A DNA stretch of 63,207 nucleotides, the filler included, from Octopus bimaculoides (taxonomy: Eukaryota), in assembly GCF_001194135.2 (NCBI RefSeq). It is 5 parts of 5 records of this genome, joined end to end, with 100 filler letters (N's around TTAATTAATTAA, not from the genome) between each part and the next. Parts side by side here need not be neighbours in the genome. Positions count along the whole stretch, not along the records: positions 14,746 to 29,537 come from NW_026421422.1; positions 29,638 to 46,915 come from NC_068986.1; 3 more parts are not named here. One strand, written 5' to 3'. A program made the position numbers and the translations under genes. The notes beneath the pieces were generated by a model that worked only from the letters and a program-made list of their open reading frames with translations, did no database searches and was not told the DNA's origin. Below, piece by piece: positions 23,450-36,419 of this stretch (position 1 is its first letter; each line of letters begins with the position of its first letter).

Positions 23450-24405
23450 CGAGATACTCTGTTGCTTCTAACGAGCCACAGCTCGGTTACTATTCTAGTA
23501 GTAGTAGTAGTTGTTNNNNNNNNNNNNNNNNNNNNNNNNNNNNNNNNNNNNNNNNNNNNNNNNNNNNNNNNNNNNNNNNNNNNNNNNNNNNNNNNNNNNN
23601 NNNNNNNNNNNNNNNNNNNNNNNNNNNNNNNNNNNNNNNNNNNNNNNNNNNNNNNNNNNNNNNNNNNNNNNNNNNNNNNNNNNNNNNNNNNNNNNNNNNN
23701 NNNNNNNNNNNNNNNNNNNNNNNNNNNNNNNNNNNNNNNNNNNNNNNNNNNNNNNNNNNNNNNNNNNNNNNNNNNNNNNNNNNNNNNNNNNNNNNNNNNN
23801 NNNNNNNNNNNNNNNNNNNNNNNNNNNNNNNNNNNNNNNNNNNNNNNNNNNNNNNNNNNNNNNNNNNNNNNNNNNNNNNNNNNNNNNNNNNNNNNNNNNN
23901 NNNNNNNNNNNNNNNNNNNNNNNNNNNNNNNNNNNNNNNNNNNNNNNNNNNNNCCCCACCCACTTATCCTGTCTCAGCAACACTTCCCCCCCTACCTCAT
24001 CTCACATCAACCCCACCAAAAAAAAAACTTGACCCCACCCCATCTGCCTACCCCACACTGCCACTTGCCCACCCTCAACTCCCTGACACCAAACACCACC
24101 CACTCCCATCCACCTGGTATATCCCCCCTCTCCTGTCCACCCTCAGGCTTCTCCCACACACACATGCACCATCACCCACCCCTGTCCACCCAACACTCCC
24201 ACTTCTGATTTCTCCATGTTGTCAAAACATAGCACTACACAATGCAAGCATGTAATTAAGCCATGGTTTGGACCCTGACAAGTGCTACTGCTCTGGCCCT
24301 GGCTAATGGGTGGCTCCACCCTTTTCAAAATCCTGGAATTCCTGAATTGGATCTCCACTATTGGATGCAGTTTAGTCGTGGCTAGGACATATGAAAATGG
24401 TCTAG

Positions 24406-24482
24406 AGGTCAGAGGTCATCTTACTATAGTGACTTCAAGGTCAGAGGTCATCTTGCTATAGTGACCTCAAGGTCAGAGGTCA
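24406..24482 (+). promoter_or_regulatory. 32-bp tandem repeat carrying three perfect AGGTCA-G-AGGTCA (DR1) motifs
   Basis: DR1 at 24406-24418, 24438-24450 and 24470-24482; regulatory function not shown. Confidence 0.4.
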
Positions 24483-25179
24483 CCATATACTAGAGGAAGT
24501 TGTTTAGGTTGATATAACGGTGCATCTTGGGATAATTGAAATGAAAAATGCAGTGGGTAGAAGAGTAGCATGGTGTCCATTTACGGCCAAGTAGCCTGAG
24601 CACACCTGTGAACCTCTGTACCTCCACGCCGTACCTATTTGCAGTTAGGTGGACTGTGTACAGCAGTGAAGTGTACTTTTCCTCTTTGGCTGGGAAAAAC
24701 GGGGAATGAATCAGAGAAATTAAATGAGGAGGCACAGTTTGTGATATGGAAAGTCAGCCAAATCTGGTCGAGAGAGAGAGAGAGAGATGGAGGGAGTTAT
24801 GGGGAAACAGGATTGGTTAAGGAAACAAGAGAGAGCAAAAAAAAAAAAATGGGGTGGCAGTGGGAGGAGTGTAGTTTCCAGTTTATTATCTTCCTTTAAC
24901 GTCCCATTTTCCATGCTGATATGGGTTTGACGGGAACTGATGAACCAGAGGACTGTGGCTAGCTCTAATATCTCCTTTCACACGGATGGATGGACGGACG
25001 GACAGACAGATGGATGGATGGATGAATGGACAGACAGATGGATGGATGGATGGACGGACGGACGGACAGATGGATGGATGGATAACCCATGCTGGCATGG
25101 AAAAATGCAGATAAAAAACAAGCATGTCAAGCTAATGTGTGTGTGTGTGTATGTGTCTACAAATACATACACACATACA

Positions 25180-25254
<75 letters not shown>

Positions 25255-26049
25255 TACACACACAAACTCCTTATATGTATATATGTACATACACATACAC
25301 TCTATATATATGTATATATACACATACACACACATACACACACTCCCTATATGTATATATGTACATACAGATATACACTCCCTGTATATATATATATATA
25401 CACACACACACATACATATACTCCCTATATGTATATATTTACATACAGATATACACTCCCTATATATATATATANNNNNNNNNNATATATATACACACAC
25501 ACATATATAAAAGTGTAGCTCAGTGCCAAAATCTGTGGAGAAGTGCAGGTCAGAGGTTCCTCCACCCATATTTATCTCTTAGAAAACCAAACAAACCAAG
25601 GAATTCAGTCTTGCTACCTTCCGACAAACCAAAGAAGTTCCCATCCCCCCACCCTCGTTTTCACCTACCAACAAACCAAAAAAAGTTTACCCGTCCCATT
25701 TCCCTTCGCTCCTCTTCTTCTCCCCATCGTGGGGGTACTCTCCGCATGCTCCCCCTCCAATAGACCTCCCACCCTCTCCCTTTTATTCTCCATACTGGGA
25801 TCATCTCAGATTTTCGATTGTCTTGTGTCGTAGAGAACCCTAAAAGGCCTACACACACACACTTGTACTTACCAATAGATGCACACACACATTAGTACTC
25901 ACTGTTCTCCCCCACCACTCCTGAATCAAGAAGGGAGTCTCCTACATGGTCGTTTAACCTGATAGAAATAGCAGTCAAATCTCTAATCATTAAGGGCAAA
26001 CAACTATAACAACCTGCTGATTAATCTGTGTACCCCTTCCACATATTAG

Positions 26050-27430
26050 CTTATCTCTTCAGTTTCTTTTCAGTTAACCCAGTATACCCAGTATTACCCC
26101 ACTAATGTCAGTACTCTAGACCCAACATGTTACCCTTGCTTCTGTTCCTTTTCAAGGGTTAATATGTTACCCTACCAATGCCTGTGTATTTAACCTAAAA
26201 ATATTAAAACTTCAGGGCCTCTACAAAGGGCACAATTTGTTACCCAAGACTAGTGCCTTTACATTTGATTTAGCGATTTAGGGGACAGTAAATTTTGTTA
26301 CATGGGTACCCTTTGTGTTACTTATACACCAATGGTGCCTTTATAGGGACACAATGCATATATTACCCCACCAACTCAAATTATATTGCCCCACACTAGT
26401 GTCTCCACTGGGAGCACGATACATTACCACCCCATCTATGCCTTTATAGAGGGAGTTACCCCACTCAAGTACTTTTATGGAAGGCACATTATATAATCCC
26501 ATTGCAGTGGCTTTACAGGGAGCATAGTGTTACCCCACAGCTGTGCCTTTTATAAGGGACATACTATGTTACTCTACACCAGTGCATTTACAGAGGGAGC
26601 AATATTATCCAGCCCAGGGGGCACATTATGTTAACTCCAGTGCCTTACAGAGGTAACAATGTTACCCCACATTAATGCCTTTACAGGGAACACACTGTAA
26701 CCCTACAACAGTGCCTTTATATGGAACACAATGTTACTCCAGTCCAGTATTTTTTCAGGGAACATATGTTATCCCAGCCTTTGTATACTTGATACAACAT
26801 ATGTTAGCCCAATGTTCTCAATCCAGTACCTTTACAAAGGACAACATACATGTTATCCTGCTACTGTTAGTACATTTGATTCTTATCTCAGCATATGTTA
26901 GCCCACAATAGCTCCAGAATGGATAGCTCAACATATGTTAGCTCACACTAGGCCCAATATGGGTCAGCCTGTGGTAGTCCACACCAAACCCACAAGAGAT
27001 GACCCAACATGTTAGCCCACACCAGGCTCAATATGAATAATCCAACATAAATTAACCCACACCAGGCCCAGTATGGATGTCCTGACATATGTTAGCCCAG
27101 ACCAGCCTAGTATAAATCAAGCAACACCTGTTAGCCCAGTATAGGTCAACCAACATATGCTAGCCTAGTAAGGATGACCTAACATCTTTAGTCCATGCCA
27201 GACCCAGTAAGAATAACATAACATCTTTAGCTCACACCATACCCAGTATGGATGTCCCAATTTACGTTAACCCACAACAAACCCTGTATGGATGACTCGA
27301 CATATGTTAGCCAACACCAGGCCCAGTATGGGTCAACTAACCTGTTAGCCAATACCAAGCCCAGTAAGGATGACCTAATATGTTAACCCACATTAGGCCC
27401 AGCATGAGTCACCCAGTATTAACCCACCAA
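26050..27430. repeat. Two adjoining degenerate minisatellites: about 36-bp unit, then about 40-bp unit
   Basis: atgttaccccacaccagtgcctttacagggaacaca (for example 26660, 26696, 26732, 26768), then aacatatgttagcccacaccaggcccagtatggatgaccc from about 26930. Confidence 0.8.
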
Positions 27431-27699
27431 AAAATCCAGGCCCAATAAAGCCCTAAAGTCATTCTATTTCGCTCCTTTTCTGAAATAAAAGGAGGACTGA
27501 GAAGATCCCATTAATGTCGACCATTAAATTCTAAAATTACCCCATCTAACAACAACAACAACAGCTATCTCATTAGCCCTATTTTTTGCCGTTGCCATAG
27601 CAACATAGTCATTATTTTTTGTTTTGTTTTGTTTCTTTTGTTGATTTAATGAAATAAAATATTTATTCAGCTGTATATTGAAGTTGTTGTCTTATGAGT

Positions 27700-27945
27700 G
27701 TGAGTGTTTATTGAGCGAAAACACCTAAAGCTCCACGAGGCTCCGGCAGGGGATGGTGGCGAACCCTGCTGTACTCTTCCGCCACATCTTTCTCTCACTC
27801 TTACTTCCTGTTTCTCTTGTGCCTGTAATTCAAAGGTTCAGCCTTGTCACACCCTGTGTCACGCTGAATGTCCCCCCGAGAACTACGTTAAGGGTACACG
27901 TGTCTGTGGAGTGCTCAGTCACTTGCACGTTAATTTCACGAGCAA
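27700..27945 (+). mobile_element. SINE body, same family as 1358-1674
   Basis: ctccggcaggggatggtggcgaaccctgctgtactct..gtgtctgtggagtgctcagtcacttgcacg matches the reverse complement of 1430-1590. Confidence 0.8.
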
Positions 27946-28689
27946 ATATATATATATACATCATCATCATCATCATCGTTTAACGTCCGCTTTCCATGCT
28001 AGCATGGGTTGGACGATTTGACTGAGGACTGGTGAAACCAGATGGTTACACCAAGCTCCAATCTGATTTGGCAGAGTTTCTACAGCTGGATGCCCTTCCT
28101 AACGCCAACCACTCCGAGAGNNNNNNNNNNNNNNNNNNNNNNNNNNNNNNNNNNNNNNNNNNNNNNNNNNNNNNNNNNNNNNNNNNNNNNNNNNNNNNNN
28201 NNNNNNNNNNNNNNNNNNNNNNNNNNNNNNNNNNNNNNNNNNNNNNNNNNNNNNNNNNNNNNNNNNNNNNNNNNNNNNNNNNNNNNNNNNNNNNNNNNNN
28301 NNNNNNNNNNNNNNNNNNNNNNNNNNNNNNNNNNNNNNNNNNNNNNNNNNNNNNNNNNNNNNNNNNNNNNNNNNNNNNNNNNNNNNNNNNNNNNNNNNNN
28401 NNNNNNNNNNNNNNNNNNNNNNNNNNNNNNNNNNNNNNNNNNNNNNNNNNNNNNNNNNNNNNNNNNNNNNNNNNNNNNNNNNNNNNNNNNNNNNNNNNNN
28501 NNNNNNNNNNNNNNNNNNNNNNNNNNNNNNNNNNNNNNNNNNNNNNNNNNNNNNNNNNNNNNNNNNNNNNNNNNNNNNNNNTAGTATAAAAGTTAATTGA
28601 CATTATTTTGTGTTAAATACAGGTTATGATGCAATATAACGAGAGATAAACAACAATGGGATGACTTGGTACACTGAGCGATAATGATG

Positions 28690-29125
28690 GTAGTGGTGGT
28701 GGTGGTGGTGGTGGTGGCAGTGGTAGTTGAGGTTTGTGGCTGCAGTTGTGGTAGTTGTGTTGATGGTGGTGGTAGTTGTGGTTGTGGTAGTAGTTGTCAT
28801 GATGATAGTAGTTGTCTTGGTAATAGTTGTTGTGGTGGTGGCTGCGGTAGTTGTGGTTGTGGTAGTGGTGGTTATGGTACATATTGTTGTGGCAGTGGTT
28901 GTTGTCATGATGATAGTAGTTGTTGTTGTGGTAGTGGTGGTTACGGTACGCGTTGTTGTGGTAGTAGTTGTTGTCTTGGTAATAGTTGTGGTGGTGGTGG
29001 TGGTGGTAGTGGTGGTTACAGTACGTGTTGTGGTAGTAGTACTTGTCATGATGATAGTTGTTGTCTTGGTAATAGTTGTTGTGGTGGTGGTGGTAGTTGT
29101 GGCGGTTGTTCTGGTGGTAGTAATC
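28690..29125. repeat. Compound (NGT)n trinucleotide tract with higher-order modules
   Basis: Modules GTTGTCATGATGATAG, GTCTTGGTAATAGTTG and GGTAGTGGTGGTTAYRGTAC each occur three times; open as Cys/Gly/Ser on + and poly-Thr on -. Confidence 0.85.
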
Positions 29126-29218
29126 TAGTGAACTTGAGATGCGGTTAGCTGGTTGATGGTAGCCAAGTGAGGGGCAGTCCAAAGAAACTTTTAACCTGGT
29201 TGGGAAATGGTTAGACAT

Positions 29219-29537
29219 TTACTCTTTTACTCTTTTACTTGTTTCAGTCTTTTGACTGCGGCCATGCTGGAGCACCGCCTTTAGTCGAGCAAATCGACCC
29301 CGGGAATTATTCTTTGTAAGCCTAGTACTTATTCTATCGGTCTCTTTTGCCGAACCGCTAAGTTACGGGGACGTAAACACACCAGCCTCGGTTGTCAAGC
29401 GATGCTGGGGGGACAAACACACACACACACATATGACGGGCTTCTTTCAGTTTCCATCTACCAAATCTATTTACAAGGCTTTGGTTGACCTGAGGTTGCA
29501 ATAGAAGACACTTGCCCAAGGTGCCAGGCAGTGGGAC
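29219..29537 (-). mobile_element. SINE family B, near intact (other copies about 40045-40335 +, 47662-47735 -, 49775-49925 -, 61205-61404 -, 62525-62810 +)
   Basis: ttttactcttttacttgtttcagtc..gcggccatgctggagcaccgcc..tagaagacacttgcccaaggtgcc. Confidence 0.85.
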
Positions 29538-30939
29538 NNNNNNNNNNNNNNNNNNNNNNNNNNNNNNNNNNNNNNNNNNNNTTAATTAATTAANNNNNNN
29601 NNNNNNNNNNNNNNNNNNNNNNNNNNNNNNNNNNNNNATGTGTGTGTGTATATATGTATGTATTTATATATGTATCTGTATATATGAATGTATATGTATT
29701 TTCTTAGGTATATGTATATATATGTATATAAATAAATAAACATATATGTATGTGTGCATATGCATATGTATACACTCAGACATGCATATATATATATATA
29801 TATATATATACGTCCGCTCGAGTTTCCATATACATACGTCTGTCCGTCTATCAATATACATACGCCTGTCCATCTATCAATCTATAGACTTATCTGTGTA
29901 TGTATATATATCTACCTTTCTATCTATATGTGTGTGTGTGAATGCATGTGTGTTGTATGTCTTTGTATGTCTATATGTCTGTGTGTGTGTGTGTCTTAAG
30001 TTGCACATGTGTATACATAATATTTGTCCAATCAGAATAACCTATTCAGTGACATACAATTGCAAAACAGCAGTCTAATAACATTCAATATATAAATTAC
30101 CTCTTTATGTTTTATATTGTCCATTCAAATCTATAATAGTTGTATCAATCGGTGTAAACACTGAGAGATTTTTTTTCTTTCTATGATCATATACAAACAC
30201 GCAAAAAGTTATGCAACTTCTTATATGTAACCTCCATTACTGTACATACACACGAATCACATACGTTCATACATATATGCATACACACACACACATATAT
30301 ATATCATGCATGCATACACAAAAGCACGTACACACACGCAAGCACGTTCACACGTATATATGTGTGTATTTATGTTTGTATTCCTATATGAAGGTGTCTA
30401 TACTGTGTTTGTGTATTCCGAATCTGGACTTAATTTTATGTATAATTATATTGTCAGGTGATTTATATCACGTGGTTATCACATATACACACATGTATAC
30501 ACATATACATGCATGTATACACACATACACACAGACATACACAAACACACGCACAGACACGCACACAGACACAGGTACATATACACATTGACACACATAC
30601 ACGCCTGATCGTACAAAAGCACTAAAATACGAACATTAAACCAAGCCGAGCCATTCTAATATAGCTCCGTGGCATGTATATCACCAAAACAAGAAAATAA
30701 AGTCATGCCATACGTCATACAACATAAATTCTCGATCTATTTAAACTGTCACTCTCCCTAGAAGAATTCAATAATTGATAATTGGTAGCTTAGAACAGCT
30801 TGATATCAGAATGGGAGATAATCTCAAATTTGGCATGACTTTATACGTATATCGCACANNNNNNNNNNNNNNNNNNNNNNNNNNNNNNNNNNNNNNNNNN
30901 NNNNNNNNNNNNNNNNNNNNNNNNNNNNNNNNNNNNNNN

Positions 30940-30981
<42 letters not shown>

Positions 30982-31880
30982 TTATAGCTAGATATTTCCT
31001 GATATGTATATCATTAGCCCGGTCTGAACAAATTAGCCAGACCGATGTTAAACTGCTATTCACTGTCAACACCTTCCGTTGTTAATGATATCATTTGACA
31101 AATGTGGACATACATACATAGATATATGCTTGTATATATGTCTTCATTTTCTCCTGTTTAAAGTTAGAGTTAATCTTAACGTCCAACCTGTTTTGTAGCT
31201 ATGTTGACGTACTCCTGCATTTTATTTGTTCCCAGATACCATAATCTTTTCTCGTCTATGAATGAAGTAGTTGCATTCTCCCACAACGTATTCAAGTTTG
31301 CCCTAGGCCAATCGGTCCATATCTTCTTGCTTCAATTGTGAAAGGTATAAATACGATTATATATCTTGCGTTTACAAACTCCGTGTCAACTTACCACAAT
31401 TTCTGATTCATATTTTTGATCCCAATGGTGTCCAGACGGCAGCTGAATTCCACACTAGGGCATACATTTCTCTTATGATACTTCAAAATATGTGACATGC
31501 GTTTTTAACTTCGCGGTTTTTTTTTACGCTTAAGAGCGAACAATATTATTTTGTTCCATCGGCCTCAATGTAGCTACCTTTATCTTGTGATATTTTCTAT
31601 TCTCTCATTCTGTTCCAGATTGTTCTTTGAAGTTACATCATGCCTTATGAGGAGACTCTAGCAGACACTGTCTCTTTTAGTTAGCAATAATGTGGATAAT
31701 ATTGTTACCTTAAATTTCTTGTCTGTAAATATTTTCTGCATGTTATGCTTTCGGTACTTAGTATGAATTGTTGTTGTTGAAAGGAATAGAGATAACTTTC
31801 AAAGTGTGATGCATGTATGTAAGCTTTCATGCAAATATATTTTGTATGCATATATGTTTGTGTCTGAGTATGTATGTATG

Positions 31881-31904
<24 letters not shown>

Positions 31905-31911
<7 letters not shown>

Positions 31912-32480
31912 GTCCTTATTCAGTTTTATTTCAAGATTTCTTGCCAATAGAGGAAGATCCAGTTTCTAACCTATAACGACGACTTCTTCATTGGAATTTT
32001 AACTTCAAAAACAGAGTATTTTGTTTCTATGTAAGTATGTATGTATGTATGGATATGAACCGATTTTTACGTTTTGCCTTATGTATGTATTCTCATGCAT
32101 ATAGTTGCATATCTAGTTGCATATTTAAATGATAAACATCTGGGAAGTTTTACAGTTTTTTACAGTTCCAGTGTTGGATCGGATCTGTAGTCTTCGAATT
32201 AGCTTTCTCATTTTGAGAAGCCTAATTCCTCAAGATTGGTATCTAGGCATTGTGTTACATATACCAGGGCCCCAGGTATAAATCTGAATTTGTAATCTGG
32301 ATAGAGTAACAGCAGATTTCTCATTAGTTCAGCAAATGAGTTCTCTTTTTCACTGATCTTCAGCTTTATGTTAACATCTACTGGGCAGCTAATTTCCAAA
32401 GATTTCTATGCTCTATCCCAAATCATTATATCAGGTCTGTTGTATTTACATTATATTGAGGTCTTCAGTGGAACATTCCA
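31905..32480 (-). mobile_element. Second copy of the RLE-type LINE 3' end, with (CATA)n tail
   Basis: EISCPVDVNIKLKISEKENSFAELMRNLLLLYPDYKFRFIPGALVYVTQCLDTNLEELGF aligns with 10721-10972. Confidence 0.8.
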
Positions 32481-34897
32481 CCAGCACTCCTTTTTTATTG
32501 TGAGTGGCTGCCATGCAGTGGGCGCTTATTTCTTTGTACTCGGTGTTATTCTTCCGACGGATTTCCTTATAGAATGTCCTAGCAACAGTATCATGTTTCA
32601 TCGGTAGAGAATACCATGATGACTATGTTTGTGTGCATGTATATTTTGTTATATCATACTTCTTACAAAAATGCTTCTACTGTCAACACCTTCCGTTGTT
32701 AATGATATCATTTGACAAATGTGGACATACATACATAGATATATGCCTGTATATACTCACGAAGGACCTCCTTCAACAATACTGCAAATTGTTATGGTAA
32801 TATATATTTGATTTAGCTAAAAGAAAGAAAGATATAAGAATCCCTGAAATATACGAATTGGAGAAAACTCTGGTAAGAAGAAAGAACAGATGTATTTCTA
32901 TTGTTGTCAGATAGTTAGTTGAACAAAGGCAGACGAATATATCAATTTAACATACATAAGAAACCGTATATTTACAACGCAGATTTGCAATTAATAGGTA
33001 GAAATTTTGACAAAATGAAACAGGCATAAATGCGTTTCATCACCAATGTAGAAAATTCTATTCTCAACTCTAATCATCAAAAATATTAATTTTAGTGTAT
33101 ATATACATATATGTATGCATGTATGAGAAGTAATAATATAATGGATTCATGATTGAAGAAATAATATATAAGAATGGTTAAAGAACAGGCTTGATATTTG
33201 AGATTGGCACGTGTAATAATTAAGTATGTAGGAATTAACCACAAAATGCAGAGCACTATATAGACATTACTTATGACTGTAGATGGCAGGAAAATAGCGA
33301 ATAAGAAGTTAGAGTCAGAAATATGAACGAAAGTAGGAATGCTGGGAAGCAGAGTAAGAACTTGTAATTCAAGTAGACATATATTTACGCACCCATGTAT
33401 CATAACACTTGAAGCATAGATACATACATACATACATACAAGTACACACCCACACAAATACACACAAACCCACACACAATTATATTCATATACGTATAAA
33501 TATGTTTGAGCACATCGTTATATATATGTACATATATAGCCAGTATACAAACGTAAACCTTAATAAATATATGAATTACACCACACTCCGCACTTTGTCC
33601 ATAGATAATACAAATATACTAAATAACATGATTAATTATTAAAACAAAATATCTCTCTAGTCTACTAAATATTCCTGTTAAAATATTATAAAGATTCTCC
33701 AAAATATTTCAGTGATGTTCGTATACTAAATAGGATACTAGAATACTGAATAGAAAAAACAAATAACGTTAGTTATTTCCATAGCCAAGTTGTTATTTAC
33801 TTCACGTATAAAGTTTTCATGATAAGAGACGACATATAATCTGTACAAGGAAAGAACTATATTAATTCTTACAGTCTACTAGTCTTAATGTCGCGCAATC
33901 ATTTGCAATATTTAAAAACTTAAGACATGTTGCATTAAATTAACAAGTAATTTATTTGTACAATTCAGTACTTCAACTCTAAATTAATATTGGTTCGTCA
34001 AGAATCTTCTCTCGAATGCGAGATGCAATACATACATTAGTGTTACTATTAACGTTTTGAGATAAATTTCAATCACCAAATACACATTTCGAAACCACAC
34101 CGGACAAAATTTCATCAAGAGTTCAACTTGCATATGCAGCATGAAGACAGTAGAGACCAAATCTTTAGCATAGAAAAAATTTACCTAAATCTCAGTTTTT
34201 ATATATAAATATATTTGCAACAATAGACACAGCTGGAAACATCGAAACATTCTATAGGTGCACTATGGTTGTAAATAATCCGAGCGCATTCTAATGACAT
34301 GAATCACGTAGATTTCAGCATTTCACAATCATTTTCTTCGCACATTCACACACATCAATTCTATGCGCATATCTTGATTAAAAAAAGTATAGATCAGCAT
34401 TTATTAGCATAGCAACTTACATGTTATACTCCCCCTTTAATCTTTTTTGATTCTAATATCCACATTGAGCGTATTTTGTTTGCTTATATTTAAGGTTTAC
34501 CTTCTCTTATACGTATGTATAAATCCGTGCATGCTTTCATTTGCCTTGATACACGCACAGATTCCAGCAAGTATATAATAACACTGCGAGTAAATACTCA
34601 GTTTAATTCTTAAAAGTCCTTTAAACTATTATATACACACACACACATACACTCACTCATATAGACACGTAACTATAGGTATATGCATATATATGGGCGC
34701 GTTTGTAGTGCACCTCTACGTGTTTCAAAGTATCATATATGTGTTAAATCAATGTATATTAAAACGGGTATCATAGTAAGGTTGCAATTGCAGCGGTTAA
34801 TTGTCAATGCAGTAGAAATACGTGTAGGTCTATTTGAGGGTGTATTTATATATAAAAAGAAGTAAATGTAATGCAAATATTACTGTACAATAATCTA

Positions 34898-34937
<40 letters not shown>

Positions 34938-34938
34938 G

Positions 34939-35472
34939 AGTGAGAGAGCAGTGCATGCCATCAAAGTGACAATGGAGTACAATATAGTACATTATATACA
35001 TCATGACTACCCGTCTGATAAGGGTACACCAGGCACATGCATCACAATCATATTTGCGCGATATGGTGAACTGATATCAAGATAAACAGTGCATGACCTC
35101 GCAGGTGGGGACCCAGTTATAATTTTCTTCAGGTCGAGTAGCACATTCCGTTCAAAAGGTCCCTGAATAAGGTTTGTTTAAGGATATTGAGCAAAACACC
35201 CATGTTTCCAAAGGTGAATTATTCAAACCCCAAAGGATTCCTCTCAACACATGGCTATGATGCTCCCTCACTACCTCTGCTCATGATCAGAGATGCACAT
35301 ATCATCAGCCACCAAGGGACATACTCAACTGGTTAAGGTGAAACAAATCTGTGGTGTTAAGCAGAATATTTGCTGTAGCCCATCTTTCTACCAGGACAAA
35401 ACAATGTACATGATAACACTTCCAATCAATTAAGATCAGAAGCCATGAGAGCCACTGCTTGGTACTGCATTT
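34939..35472 (-). mobile_element. Interspersed repeat ending in a (TAA)n tail, probably a retroelement 3' end; family not identified
   Basis: GC content above the AT-rich flanks; bounded by (ATT)n and (CTT)n tracts. Confidence 0.35.
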
Positions 35473-35479
35473 GGACAGT

Positions 35480-35579
35480 TCTTCTTCTTCTTCTTCTTCT
35501 TCTTCTTCTTCTTCTTCTTCTTCTTCTTCTTCTTCTTCTTCTTCTTCTTCTTCTTCTTCTTCTTCTTCTTCTTCTTCTT

Positions 35580-35650
<71 letters not shown>
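35480..35650. repeat. Long (CTT)n followed by (ATT)n (similar CTT/AAG tracts at 45930-46037 and 58775-58846)
   Basis: Direct reading; source of the poly-K/R/L/S ORFs. Confidence 0.95.
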
Positions 35651-35651
<1 letters not shown>

Positions 35652-36419
35652 GATACATAGATACATCGATAAATACATCCATACACACATATGTATGTAT
35701 ATTGCATGTCTTTATACATTCATGAATATATGTAAACAAGTACACCTTTGCAAATATTAATTTATGTATCAGTGTTTATATGTAAAAATGTAAATTTATT
35801 CTCTACTATAAATGCTTGGAGTTTGAGTATGTTAACATTTCTATAGGTTGGTAGCTAAATTCAATTTCTGATGTATGTTTATTGAATGACGCTGAACGTA
35901 CATTTATTTTTTTTTCTTGTATATCTTCTACATGCGTAAGTGGTCCTGCTTATGGCTATCAAATCTAGCCTTCAATTTGAGCAAGTGCCTAGATTAAAGC
36001 AACTATGAACATTTTGCTGAATATTCTTAACTCATTTTGCACCAGCAACATATATCTATCTGTGTTGCTAAATTGAAACAATTGGTTGTACACAAATGTA
36101 TGTGTGTGTGAGAAAACATTATTATTGTTATTTGTTTAGCGATATATGAAATATTTAGTGGTTGTATATGGTAGTTGTAAAAGCACGATATTGTGAATAT
36201 ATGAGTTATTATATACATTCATCTATATTTGTTTTCGATAATATATTTCCTGTGTTTTCTTTTAGCTATATCTATAAATTGCCTATCTTAGGTCTGAATA
36301 TCGACATCCGTATTAGCTTCTACTTTTCTCTATGTGTGTGTTTGTCTGTGTGTGTATATATACTCACACGTACACACACACATACACACACACACTGACA
36401 CACATATATATATATAACA

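Noticed and set aside
35426-35719. Poly-Arg/Lys/Leu/Ser ORFs (also 45838-46201)
   Set aside because: Pure (CTT)n/(ATT)n microsatellite
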